Assembly (NCBI GenBank): GCA_963707025.1
Contig: CAVPOM010000005.1
Span: 160,001-224,000, forward strand
DNA length: 64,000 bases
Direction: 5' to 3'
From: an uncultured Verrucomicrobiae bacterium
GTDB taxonomy: Bacteria; Verrucomicrobiota; Verrucomicrobiia; Limisphaerales; Palsa-1400
Below the pieces are notes generated by a model, which ran no database searches, was not told the DNA's origin, and saw nothing but the letters and a program-made list of their open reading frames with translations. Positions 34,603 to 44,848 of the stretch are shown here, one piece after another. Both the position numbers and the translations under genes were made by a program. The stretch's first letter is position 1. Every line of letters begins with the position of its first letter.

Positions 34603-35070
34603 ATGAGTGAGGAATTTGATTTCATCGGCCCGAACGATCTGCCCGCCCTGGTGGCCATCACCAACCCGGAGGCCCTGGTCGCGGTCAAAAGCACCTTGCT
34701 CGAAATGGGCTACAAGGTCCATGTCGTCGAAACCCATCTGCAATTCGAGACCCGTTACAACCAGATCAACTACCAGGCCGTCGTGATCGAGGACATTTTC
34801 GCCGGAAACCCGCTGGAGGAAAACCCCAGCCTCCATTTCCTGCAAAACCTGCCCATGGCCCAGCGCCGTTACGCCAGTTTCTTTCTCCTGGGCGGCGCCT
34901 TTGAAACCCTCAACACCCTCCAGGCCTTCTCCCAAAGCGTCCATTGCGTTGTCAACTATACGGAAATCCCCATGATCGGCCAGCTCATCCAAAAAACCAT
35001 TGCCGAAAACAATCTGTTCCTCAACACCTTCCGCGAAGTCCAGCACCGCGTTTACCAAAAAGCCCCCTGA
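34603..35070 (+). CDS. Hypothetical protein, receiver-like fold possible
   Basis: Clean ORF with host-like codon usage, operonic with the pilT pair. Confidence 0.75.
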   Translation: MSEEFDFIGPNDLPALVAITNPEALVAVKSTLLEMGYKVHVVETHLQFETRYNQINYQAVVIEDIFAGNPLEENPSLHFLQNLPMAQRRYASFFLLGGAFETLNTLQAFSQSVHCVVNYTEIPMIGQLIQKTIAENNLFLNTFREVQHRVYQKAP

Positions 35071-35258
35071 CCCCCGCGCCCGGCGCCAGTCGTGTCCTGA
35101 TCCTGATGTTACCTTTGATTCCTTTGATGTTGATCGGGCGGGGGTTAGAGCCGTCGGGGAAACCCGGCCTTTCCAGAACCCGGTTTTGGAAAATCCCAGC
35201 GATTTGGATCGGTTTACGAAGTTGACAAAGTCCGGCCAAGAGGGCAGACTATTAAAGC

Positions 35259-35849
35259 ATGGCAACTACAGCTACAGTGGAGCGTCCGGTTGCGAAACTC
35301 CAGGACGCCGAAGTGCGGTTCGTGAGGAATATCCGTTCCGCTTTGCGGCAGGGCGCCGAGGAGGCGGATCCCGTGACCGCGGCTCCCCAGAATCTCATCC
35401 GATTGACCGAAATTGCATTTTGTCAGGAATTCCCCGCCGCCAAGGCTGATAATCGCCTGATCAGTGCCATGGCCCGAGGAATCACCGTGCGCCGAAAGCT
35501 CAGGGAAGCAGAAGGGGGGAGCCTGTCAGCGGAAGAGGCGGCTCGAGAATTGGGCATTTCCAAGGCCGCCATTTTAAAGCGGTATCACAAGGGCCGGATC
35601 ATTGCCTGGCGCGAAGAACGGCAGAACGCAGCGCGATTTCCGGTTTGGCAATTCCAAGACGGCAAAGTTTTGAAAGGCCTGGAGGAGGTTCTCCAAATTC
35701 TCAATGCGGGCAGCCGGTTGGATGATTTCGGCCGGATGCTCTTTTTCCTTTCGAACATGGGCTTCCTTGGGAAGAAACGACCCGTGGACTGCTTGCGGGC
35801 GGGAGAGGTGAACAAGGTTTTGCAAGCGGCCCAGGGGCATGGCGGGTAA
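35259..35849 (+). CDS. Antitoxin (HTH + Xre/MbcA/ParS-like C-terminus)
   Basis: LSAEEAARELGISKAAI, FPVWQF, LGKKRPVDCL; overlaps the RES gene. Confidence 0.75.
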   Translation: MATTATVERPVAKLQDAEVRFVRNIRSALRQGAEEADPVTAAPQNLIRLTEIAFCQEFPAAKADNRLISAMARGITVRRKLREAEGGSLSAEEAARELGISKAAILKRYHKGRIIAWREERQNAARFPVWQFQDGKVLKGLEEVLQILNAGSRLDDFGRMLFFLSNMGFLGKKRPVDCLRAGEVNKVLQAAQGHGG

Positions 35850-36447
35850 TCCATCTCCCCGCCGCGTCAGACTGCCACCGGCGGACCTGGGAACGCAAAA
35901 GCTTCCCGGCACCCGGCAGATCGCTCGAGCTTGGTTCAGGGTGCATCCCCGTTCGTACCGCGCGATTTTCTTCAACCTCAAACCGACGCATCGTTACTCG
36001 CATCCCCATTGCCCATTTCCGATTCTATACGTTGCCATTGATCCGGAAACCTGTCTCTGGGAAGCCTTTGGCGACGCCGTTTTCGATGACGGACACGCCT
36101 TGCCGAAAACCCAGTGGGATGATTTGGTGGCATCAACGATTCATGTGCCGGATCTCCATCTTTGCGATCTGTCCAAAACAACCACGCGCGGCGCCCTGGC
36201 CGTTGACCTGACAGCACTGATGAACGAGGACCTTGGTGTCCCCCAACAATGGGGCCTGGCGATTCAGATGCACCCCTCACAAGTGCCGGCCATCAAATTC
36301 AAGAGCCGATTTACTGGCCGCGCCTGTCTGGCGATTTTCGACCGCGGAGGAATCCGCCGGCATCTCCGGGAAACCTCCCTGGGCTCATTAAGCCAGTTTG
36401 ACCCAGCCTTGGCCTGGCTCACCAAACACCAAGTGACGTTGGCATAA
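35839..36447 (+). CDS. RES-domain toxin
   Basis: WFRVH, RY...ILYVA...CLWE, IKFKSR. Confidence 0.8.
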   Translation: MAGNPSPRRVRLPPADLGTQKLPGTRQIARAWFRVHPRSYRAIFFNLKPTHRYSHPHCPFPILYVAIDPETCLWEAFGDAVFDDGHALPKTQWDDLVASTIHVPDLHLCDLSKTTTRGALAVDLTALMNEDLGVPQQWGLAIQMHPSQVPAIKFKSRFTGRACLAIFDRGGIRRHLRETSLGSLSQFDPALAWLTKHQVTLA

Positions 36448-36503
36448 CCGACATGAGCGCTGCCCCGCCCCCGGCGCGCCCAGGGTTGACAACCCGTCTC
36501 ATC

Positions 36504-36527
36504 TATACTATCCATATGGATAGTATA
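36504..36527. promoter_or_regulatory. Perfect 24-bp palindrome, candidate LexA operator
   Basis: TATACTATCCAT|ATGGATAGTATA; ends on the A of the lexA ATG; TTGACA at 36486-36491. Confidence 0.75.
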
Positions 36528-37150
36528 TGAAAGAACTGACCCCAGCCCAGCAACGGGTGCTGGATTTCATCCAAACTGAAGTCCAGGCCTGCCGACCCGC
36601 CCCCACCCTCCGCGAGATGGCCCGCCATTTTCGCTTCCGCAGCCATCGCGCGGCGGCCTGCCACTTGCAGGCGCTGCGGCGCAAGGGCTTCCTCCAGTCC
36701 GAACCCGGCAAAGCCCGCTCCCTGCGCCTGACTTCCCCGCTGGCCAAACTCCGCCGCCGCATCCTGGACATCCCCCTCTTCGGCTCCATCCCCGCCTGCT
36801 GGGCGCAAAGCCGCGAGCAGGAGGCCGAAGGCTGCGTTTCCGTGGACATCCAGAGTATCGGCTTCCTCCCCGCCCGCAACGCTTTCGCCCTGCGTGTCGC
36901 CGGCGATTCCATGATCGGCCGGCACATCTGCGACGGCGACATCGTCCTGCTCGAACACGGCCCGGAACCGCGTCCGGGGCAAATCGTGGCGGCGCTGATT
37001 GACCGCAAAAGCACGCTCAAGACCTTCCTGGTCAAAAACGGCAAACCCTTTCTCAAGGCGGAAAACCCAAAATATCCCGACCTCATTCCGTCCGACGAAC
37101 TGATGATCCAGGGCGTCTTCCGCGCCCTCCTGCGCAAGGCGCGCGAATGA
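36527..37150 (+). CDS. lexA: LexA repressor
   Basis: LTPAQQRVLDFI...PTLREMA winged HTH; GDSM (Ser) and STLK (Lys) peptidase residues. Confidence 0.93.
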   Translation: MKELTPAQQRVLDFIQTEVQACRPAPTLREMARHFRFRSHRAAACHLQALRRKGFLQSEPGKARSLRLTSPLAKLRRRILDIPLFGSIPACWAQSREQEAEGCVSVDIQSIGFLPARNAFALRVAGDSMIGRHICDGDIVLLEHGPEPRPGQIVAALIDRKSTLKTFLVKNGKPFLKAENPKYPDLIPSDELMIQGVFRALLRKARE

Positions 37151-37153
37151 ATT

Positions 37154-40100
37154 ATGCGGACCATTGTTCATCTGGATGCGGATGCGTTTTTCGCCGCGGT
37201 CGAACAGGCGTCCGACCCGAAGTTGCGCGGCCAGCCAGTCGCCGTGGGCGGCGAGAAACGCGGCATCATTGCCTCCGCCTCGTATGAGGCGCGAAAATTC
37301 GGCGTCTCTACGCCGATGCCGACGGCGCGGGCGCGCAAACTCTGCCCAAAGCTGATCGTTCTCCCCGGCGATTTTGAGCGTTACGAGCAGTTCAGCCACT
37401 GGATGTTCGGCTACTGCTACGATTTCACGCCGGAGGTGGAACAAACTTCCATTGATGAAGGCTACTTCGATTTGTCCTGCGTTCGGAAATCGCCGGTGGA
37501 AATCGCGCTGGCCATCCGCCAGGCCATCGGCCAAAAGCTTAAAATTACGGTGAGTGAAGGGATCGGCGCCAACAAACTCGTCAGCGCCATCGCCTCCAAG
37601 CTGACCAAGCCCGCCGCCTTCCACGAAGTTCCCCCCGGCGGCGAGGCGGCGTTTCTTCATCCCTTGCCCAACCAATGGTTGCCGGGCATCGGTCCGCAAA
37701 CCAGCGCGCGCCTCAACGCCGCCGGCCTGGCCCAAATCCGCCATATCGCCGCCACCCCGCTGGAAATGCTCGGACTTCTTCTCGGCAATCAGTCCGCGGC
37801 CATCCGGCAATTCGCGCGCGGGATTGACGAGCGCCCGCTGGTTCCCCTGCGCGAACCGCAAAAATCCTTCAGCCAGCAGGAAACTTTCCCGGCGGACGTG
37901 ACGGACGAGGAATACATCCAGGCCGCCTTGCGGCGCATGGCCGACCACTTGTTTGCCAGGGTGCGCCAGGAAGGCCGCAGCATCCGCACGCTGACGGTCA
38001 AAGTCCGCTACAACGACATGGCGGAAGATCAGGTCAACGAAAGTCTGCGCGAGCCGACCGACTTGGAAACGGACGTTTATGGGCGCCTGGGCGCCATGCT
38101 CGGCTGCGCCTGGAAACGGCGCGTGAGTCTGCGCCTGGTGTCGCTCAAGCTGGCCAACGTCTATGACGGCCGCTTTCACGGCGAGCTGGCGCTGGAGGCA
38201 TCCGCCCAACGGCAAAACGCACAATCCCGCCTGGCGGCGGTGATTGACGAGTTGCGCCGGGCGCGGGGGCACACCGTCATCATGCGCGGGCATGACCTCC
38301 GGTTGAGAACCCCGCCCGCCGACACCGCCGCCAGCCTCACCCGGCAGGATTGGATCCCGCCCCGGCGGACGCTGGCGCCGGTGAAACGGGATGTCTGCGA
38401 TTACGTTCCACTCCGCGTTCACAGCCACTATTCATTTCTCGATGCCACACTCTCCCCTGTTGCCATCGTCCAACTGGCCAGGCGTCATGGCCTGCCTGCC
38501 GTCGCCCTGACCGACACGGGCAACCTGCACGGCGCGGTTGAGTTTGTGCAGGCAGCCAAGGAGGCCGGGGTGAAGCCAATTCTGGGCGCGGAACTGCGCC
38601 TGGGGGACCAGCCGCTGCTGCTTTACGTCGCGTCGGCGCGGGGCTGGCACAATCTCTGCCGGTTGCTCTCCAACCATGCCGGGCGGCACGGACCCGGGCG
38701 CCGACGAAGCCTCGGTCGCCAACCAGCAGCGTGGTCCCTTCTGGCGCGAAGAATTCAGCGGACTGACGGAAGGATTGATTGCCGTCAGCCAGGACGCGCG
38801 GTTGGCAGAAATGTTTCCGCGCCATTTCTACGGTCTGGCGGCATCCCGCGACACCCCCGGCCATTTTCCCATGGCGGCCTGCCCCTCCATCCACTGCGCC
38901 ACCCGCGATGACCGGCAGAAATACGACATCGTGCAAAGCATCCGCACGCGGACGCTCCTGCGCCACCCCCACCCGGACAAACGCAGCGGCGGCCGGCTTC
39001 ATTTCCGCGCTCCCGCTGAGATGATGATGGCGTGCCGGGATCATCCTGACTGGTTGCGTCACACCCAGGAGATCGCGGCGCGTTGCGACTTCGACCTCCC
39101 CTTCGGCCAGCCGCAATTTCCGGCGTTCGCAACGCCGGACGGCTCGCGGCCGGGGGAGTTTCTGCGGCGGCTCGTGCGGCAGGGGCTGCGCCGGCGTTAT
39201 GGCAGGCAGGCGGACAAATTCCAGCCGCAAGTGGCGGAGGAGCTCGGCATCATCAACGAGGTGGGTTACGAGGACTACTTCCTCATCACCTGGGATTTTC
39301 TGCAAGAGTGCCGCCGGCGCGGCCTGGAGTGGATCACGCGCGGCAGCGCGGCCGACAGCCTGGTTTGCTACTGCCTGGGCATTTCCGGCGTTTGCCCCAT
39401 CCGCTTCGATCTCTACTTCCGCCGTTTCCTCAACAAGGAGCGCATGGCCCTGCACAAACTGCCGGACATTGACATTGATTTTGCCCACGACCGCAAGGAC
39501 GACGCGGTGAAACTCCTCTTCGACAAATACGGCCGCGAACATTGCGCCGCCGTCGGCGGATTCTCCACCTTCCAGGCGCGCAGCGCCTTTGCCGAGGTGG
39601 CCAAGGTGCTGGGGGTGGCGGAACGCGAAGTCAGAAAGTTCACCGACCATTTCCCGTGGAGCTTTGGCGGCGGTTGGATCCCCGATGAACCCACCCCCGG
39701 CGGCGGGGCGGGTTTGGTGGAAATGCTGCGCGCCAGTCCTGAAAACCGCGATCTGCCCTTCGACGAGGAACCCTACCGGACGGCCTTGCACATGGCCGAG
39801 TTTCTCGACGGCGTGCCGCGCTATCCGAAGATGCACCCGTGCGGCCTGGTGCTCTCGCGCCAGCCGATGCACGAGCTGACGCCGACCTTCGTCGCCCACA
39901 AGGGTTATGCCACAACCCACTTCGACATGGACGCGGTGGAGGCGGTGGGTTTGGTCAAGATGGATATTCTGGCGCAAGGGGGCCTGGCGGCGATGCGCGA
40001 CGTCAAGGCCATGCTGGAGCGCCGCGGCATCGCCGTGGATCTGGAGCGGTGTGTGGCGCGGCATAAATCCGACGGCCGTTTGCTGCGGGGCAACCCGCCA

Positions 40101-41509
40101 GCGCCGAGCCGTGGCAGGATGAAAATGTTTGGGAGATGATCGCCGGCGGCCAGGCCCGCGCCGTCCATCACATCGAATCCCCCGCCATGACCAGCCTCTG
40201 CCGCCAATGCAACGTGCGTGAGATTGACGGCCTCATTGCCATCGTCAGCGTCATCCGTCCCGGCGCGGCCAACCAAGGCAAGAAGCTGGCCTTCACGCGG
40301 CGTTATCAAGGACTGGAGCCGGTGGCGTATCCGCATCCGTCGCTGGAGCCGTGCTTGCGCAGCACTTATGGGCTGGTGGTTTACGAGGAACATATTCTCC
40401 AGTTGTGCGAGGCGTTCGCGGGTTTGCCGCCCGGCCGCGCCGACATTCTGCGCCGGGCCTTGAACAAACAGAAACGCGCCGTGATTGAGGAGATGCGCGG
40501 CGAGTTCTTCCAGGCGGCGCTGGCGCGCGGCCACACGCTGGAGAAGACCGCCGAAGTGTGGGCGCTGGCCACCGGCTTTGCCGGTTACGCTTTCTGCAAA
40601 GCCCACAGCACCGCCTATGGCGTGGAGGCGTATCAGTCCGCCTGGCTCAAGCGTTATTTTCCCGCCGAGTTCATGGCCGCCGTGCTGACCCAGGGCAAAG
40701 GCTTTTACCATCCGCTGGTCTATGTTCTGGAATGCCACCGGCTCGGTTTGAAGCTGCTGCCGCCGTCGGTCAATGAACCCGGACCAACCTTCGTGCCGCA
40801 CGGCAACTCCATCCGCGTGCCACTGACGCGAGTCAAGGGACTCACCGCGCGCACGGCCGATGCCATGCTGCAAGCTCGTGACCGCGGGCCGTTCGCCTCC
40901 CTGGCCGATTTCTTCCGCCGCGTCCTTCCGGCGGGCGAAGAACTGGAAGCGATGATTCGCGCCGGCGGCCTGGATGAATTCGGCGAAACCCGCACCCGCC
41001 AATTCTGGCAGGCGCGGCATCTGCTCAAAACCTTCGGGGCGGGCGTGACGCCGGAGCAGGGCTGGCTGGTTCCCCCGCCGGGACTGGAACAGCAGCCCGC
41101 CATCCCCCTCCAGGAGCCAACCCGCCTGCAACGTCTCCAATGGGAAACCGATCTCTTCGGTTTCGCCGTGAGCGGACATCCCCTGGAATTGTTTCCAGAC
41201 ATCGCCTGGGACACCTACTGTCCCGTCCGCCGCCTGGGCGAATTTATGGGTGACACCGTGACCGTCTGCGGGCTGGTGGTGGAGCAGCGCATCCATCACC
41301 AGATCACCGGCGAGCCGATGAAATTCCTGAGCCTGGCCGACTGGACCGGCATCGTCGAAACCGAACTTTTTGCCCAGACCTACCAAAGTCATGGCCTGGC
41401 GACCATCCGCCATCCCGTCCTGGAAATAGAAGCCCGGGTGGAACCCTTTGAAAACCAGCGCGGCTTCTCCCTGCGCGCCCTCCGCGCCGGCAAACCCCGC
41501 ACCCGGTAA
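37154..41509 (+). CDS. Fused DinB (Y-family) - PHP - DnaE (C-family) DNA polymerase, about 1450 aa; frameshifts near 38680 and 40100
   Basis: One frame runs from HLDADAFFAAVEQ / SYEAR / SIDEGY into YVPLRVHSHYSFL...ALTD; next frames give RGSAA, PDIDIDF, HPCG, KMDIL, GYAFCKAH and an OB fold. Confidence 0.88.
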
Positions 41510-41543
41510 ATTCCGACGGAGAAGTGGCGGGGGTAATGTCCCA

Positions 41544-41632
41544 GTCTTAATCCTAATCTTAATCCTAATCTCTTCTTGAGGCCATTTCTCATTGGTAATT
41601 GGGGATTAAGATTAGGATTAAGATTAAGATTA
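41544..41632. repeat. Inverted hexamer arrays (YTAATC)n ... (GATTAR)n
   Basis: TCTTAATCCTAATCTTAATCCTAATC and GATTAAGATTAGGATTAAGATTAAGATTA; related copies at 46691-46766/47771-47803 and 61640-61657. Confidence 0.85.
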
Positions 41633-41787
41633 CGAGCCGGATGAGAGACTGCCAGGGGAAGCGACAGCCTCAAGGCAGGAGCGACAACGAGATGGGTTTC
41701 TCCCGCGCTGATACCCGGGCGGCCAGCAAGTGTGGGGGGCGACTTGTTGGACGCCCACTCTTGCAGGCAGGGTGAGATGCGCCACAC

Positions 41788-41865
41788 CCGTTACACCGTT
41801 ACAGTCGTTGATTATCAAGGGTTTACGAAAAGTGCCCCCGTTACACCCCGTTACATTCTGTTACA
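41788..41865. repeat. Five C(C/T)GTTACA direct repeats around a TTGATTATCAA core
   Basis: Repeats start at 41788, 41796, 41838, 41848 and 41858. Confidence 0.75.
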
Positions 41866-42011
41866 TCCAGCTTACCGCGCTTCATCATCTCGGTCAGGTC
41901 TTCGATGAGTTGCTCCCTGTCATTGGCCCCTTCGATGCTGGCCATGATCTCCTCGACGGCCCCTGCCTCGTTTTGCCAATCAACCGCCTCCTGAGCTATA
42001 TTACAATACCA

Positions 42012-42236
42012 TTAACCCCCTTTATGATCCCGGCAAAATACCAGAAACCGCTTGATCCATTGCAAATACGCCTGCTCCGTCCGCAGCGCCAGCCGGTGAA
42101 ACCGCATCACCTCCCGGCACTGCTCCATGAATTTGAGCTTGGGATTTGGCCTCAGCCTTTCCAGTGGCGCACTTGTCGCGCCGTAGCGCCGCGAAGGCGG
42201 CTGCAGCCTTTCGCCGGCGGGCGGTGGGATGTTCAT
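42012..42236 (-). pseudogene. intI: Integron integrase, N-terminal SAM-like domain only
   Basis: PKLKFMEQCREVMRFHRLALRTEQAYLQWIKRFLVF; divergent from the cassette array; stops after about 74 aa. Confidence 0.85.
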
Positions 42237-42252
42237 CCGGCAATAATTGCCC

Positions 42253-42281
42253 TTGACAGAGGCTGTTTTCAAGCATTTAAT
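42253..42281 (+). promoter_or_regulatory. Candidate cassette promoter Pc
   Basis: TTGACA-N17-TTTAAT pointing into the array. Confidence 0.7.
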
Positions 42282-42289
42282 GCAAAAAA

Positions 42290-42334
42290 TGAATCGAACT
42301 AGGCCGTGAAAATTCAATCGAAATACTGTTACGC
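42290..42334 (+). other. Putative attI site
   Basis: GTTACGC core at 42328-42334 directly before the first cassette ATG; AT-rich upstream. Confidence 0.6.
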
Positions 42335-42337
42335 AGC

Positions 42338-42631
42338 ATGAGCGCCCCGAACATATTCCTAAAGATTGGTGCGTGCCTTTGTGTTTTGATTGGCACGCTC
42401 TACGCTATATTGACCGCGCAGCTTGTCATTGACCGACCTTTCTTCAAAGGCGATGCACTCGTCATGATCATCATGACCATCTACGGATTGTTTGCGTTCG
42501 TCCCGTTCGTTGTGTTTGTCTATCCCAGATTCAAAGCACCACGAAAGCCGATTTTATTGAGTGCTGGTATTTTAGAGATTTTAGTCCCTGTCTTGTTTGT
42601 TTGGTTTTTCTTAGATGCTCTTACAGATTGA
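42338..42631 (+). CDS. Cassette 1: small membrane protein
   Basis: 97 aa, three hydrophobic segments, followed by attC. Confidence 0.75.
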   Translation: MSAPNIFLKIGACLCVLIGTLYAILTAQLVIDRPFFKGDALVMIIMTIYGLFAFVPFVVFVYPRFKAPRKPILLSAGILEILVPVLFVWFFLDALTD

Positions 42632-42643
42632 TTTTATGCTGCT

Positions 42644-42800
42644 GCCTAACACCGCGCTGGAGCCAACGCCGACTGCCCCTTCCACCTTCGCCAAGGCTAC
42701 GGTGGACAGGTGAGTTTATGAATGGTTTGAGTTATACAACGATTATCGAGTTTGCGGAGCCGCTCGCCGGTCGGCGTGGCTCAGCTTTGGATCGTTAGGC
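42644..42800 (+). other. attC (long type, 157 bp)
   Basis: GCCTAAC...GAGCCAACGCCGAC...GTCGGCGTGGCTCAG...GTTAGGC. Confidence 0.9.
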
Positions 42801-42821
42801 CACTTACACATCACACAAATT

Positions 42822-43094
42822 ATGAGCACCAAATACACCAAATGGTTCGAGCAGACAGCAGCCGACCCGACACGTCGCCGTGCTGCCATTTCTGATTATT
42901 CCAAGCGGCGCACCGTTCTCATTTGTTGCGCTTTGGTTATTACTGGCTGCGCGGCTGCCACATATTTCCCGACACCGCACAGTCTCAAAGGCACAGCAGC
43001 ACTTACTTTTGCGGCAGCTATGTCGTGGATTTCATGCGCCAGAGTTGGTTCCGATCTTCGGACGCTCAAGCTACTCGACAGATTTTTACCATGA
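42822..43094 (+). CDS. Cassette 2: hypothetical membrane protein
   Basis: 90-aa ORF filling the space between attC sites. Confidence 0.7.
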   Translation: MSTKYTKWFEQTAADPTRRRAAISDYSKRRTVLICCALVITGCAAATYFPTPHSLKGTAALTFAAAMSWISCARVGSDLRTLKLLDRFLP

Positions 43095-43116
43095 TTGATT
43101 TGACAGATAGCCAGTG

Positions 43117-43218
43117 GCCTAACAAGTCGCCGGAGCCAACCGCCGTTGGCGCTTTTGTTTCCCGACCAGTCGGGATTCACGTCACGAGTCGGCGGTGGCT
43201 CAGCTTTTTTCGTTAGGC
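43117..43218 (+). other. attC (102 bp)
   Basis: GCCTAAC...GAGCCAACCGCCG...CGGCGGTGGCTCAG...GTTAGGC. Confidence 0.92.
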
Positions 43219-43270
43219 GGCAAGGCACACCATAAACAAACAACACAAAACGAAGAATGCTACAAAGCCT

Positions 43271-43750
43271 ATGAAGAAGAACTTTAAGACAATTCAACTT
43301 GGACTTTGCTCCGTTTTAGCGGCGGCACTCACGGGTTGCGCCAGTTCTAGAGACTACAGTCACGTTTCCAGTCAATTTCCTCAAATCCCCGCCGGGGAAC
43401 GCCGAATTGTCTTCTACCGTGGAAACGAACTTTCTGGCGGCGGTCAATGGCATACGATTTGGTTGAATGATGCCATGATTGGCTACCTTTCATCGGGTTC
43501 GTTTTTTTATGAAGATCGTCCGGCGGGCGACTACGGCATCTCTGGCCGAGCAAAAGGTTTTTTGCATATTACACTTGAAGAAAAACCACTGGTTATATCA
43601 CTAAAAGCCAATGAGACCAAATATATCCGTTTCACACAAACAAGTGGCTTGGGAAGCATCAGGATCATTCCGACGCCTGAGGATAGTGATTCTGCGATGA
43701 AGCTTTTGCCAAAATGCTTATACAACGAAGGCAGATATCGTCTTTTTTAG
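43271..43750 (+). CDS. Cassette 3: DUF2846-like lipoprotein
   Basis: LTGC lipobox, RIVFYR, IGYLSSGSFFY.D.PAG.Y. Confidence 0.8.
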   Translation: MKKNFKTIQLGLCSVLAAALTGCASSRDYSHVSSQFPQIPAGERRIVFYRGNELSGGGQWHTIWLNDAMIGYLSSGSFFYEDRPAGDYGISGRAKGFLHITLEEKPLVISLKANETKYIRFTQTSGLGSIRIIPTPEDSDSAMKLLPKCLYNEGRYRLF

Positions 43751-43765
43751 TTATGGAATGTTGCC

Positions 43766-43867
43766 GCCTAACAAGTCGCAGGAGCCAACCGCCGTTGGCG
43801 CTTTTGTTTCCCGACCAGTCGGGATTCACGCCGCGAGTCGGTGGTGGCTCAGCTTTCTACGTTAGAC
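43766..43867 (+). other. attC (102 bp)
   Basis: GCCTAAC...GTTAGAC, same family as 43117. Confidence 0.92.
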
Positions 43868-43889
43868 ATCACTGCGCACCTCAGAATTT

Positions 43890-44309
43890 ATGTCACTCGA
43901 ACTACACATCTTCATTCAGGACTCGCAGGTTCCGAGCCGTGATGCTTGGCAGCAAGCGATTGGGGAGGCAGGCTTTCCTACGGTCCTTGAGCCGACGCTT
44001 GACCTTCGGCGAGACACCGGATTCAGACCAACGAGCTACTAAGACCAAGCCACGGGATATGAGTTTTACCTGGAGCCGGCAGCGGGAATCCTTGAGGCTT
44101 ACCCGCACATCACCGAGCAGGTTGGCAGCCGTGATATGTGCGCGACATTTCGCTGGGGCGGCGACCTTGTTGAGTGTGCCGCAGCTATTTCGTCAGCCGC
44201 AGCACTTACGAAGCTTGCAGATGGTATTTATTTTTATCCAGACGATGACATCATTCGCACCGCCGATGATGTTGTTGAGGCGACGCGCGAGGAGTTGGCC
44301 TCGATATGA
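43890..44309 (+). pseudogene. Cassette 4: hypothetical protein with in-frame TAA at 44040
   Basis: MSLELHIF...RPTSY*DQATGYEFY...ELASI; cassette bounded by complementary GTTAGAC/GTCTAAC. Confidence 0.75.
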
Positions 44310-44316
44310 CCGTGAT

Positions 44317-44415
44317 GTCTAACAAATCGCTGCAGGAAACGCGGGATGGCCGGTCCAGTTCCGCTTCGCGGTTCACGGTTTTTGGTCCGGCGTGGCTCAG
44401 CTTTTTTCGTTAGGC
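44317..44415 (+). other. attC (99 bp)
   Basis: GTCTAAC...GTTAGGC. Confidence 0.85.
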
Positions 44416-44426
44416 ATCATCACGCT

Positions 44427-44726
44427 ATGATTGCATTTGAGGTTTACATAAACGGACAGAAGCGATTCACAGCAGGCGGTGATTATCCGACTCTTACCAC
44501 CGCTCTGACGCTTATCCATAGACAGTTACCCAAGCCTAACGACGCCACCATCCTGTTTTCTACGACCGGCATAAAGCCAGACGAGATGGTGACAGTTGGT
44601 TCGTGGCCTAGCGAAGATTTGACCGTTGGCAACCGAGTTGAGATTCGTATTGTTGAGGTTTCTGAAGTTGACGCACCAGAATCTGTTGATAAGCATAAGC
44701 GAGCAGATGACAATGTTGATGCCTAA
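44427..44726 (+). CDS. Cassette 5: hypothetical protein
   Basis: MIAFEVYING...; stop codon lies inside the attC inverse core. Confidence 0.75.
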   Translation: MIAFEVYINGQKRFTAGGDYPTLTTALTLIHRQLPKPNDATILFSTTGIKPDEMVTVGSWPSEDLTVGNRVEIRIVEVSEVDAPESVDKHKRADDNVDA

Positions 44727-44819
44727 CAAGTCGCCGGAGCCAACCGCCGTTGGCGCTGTCAGTTCCGCTGTCGCGGTTCACGTCGCGAGTCGGCGGTGGC
44801 TCAGCTTTTTTCGTTAGGC
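44721..44819 (+). other. attC (99 bp)
   Basis: GCCTAAC...GTTAGGC. Confidence 0.92.
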
Positions 44820-44848
44820 AGCAAGGCACCACACCATAAAATGAGCCT

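Noticed and set aside
38670..40140. Programmed frameshifting in the polymerase fusion
   Set aside because: No slippery run recognised at either shift, and the window has many similar indels; error or mutation is more likely
41862..42005. Minus-strand fragment NIAQEAVDW...KRGKLDV as the continuation of intI
   Set aside because: No integrase motifs; appears to be an unrelated gene end
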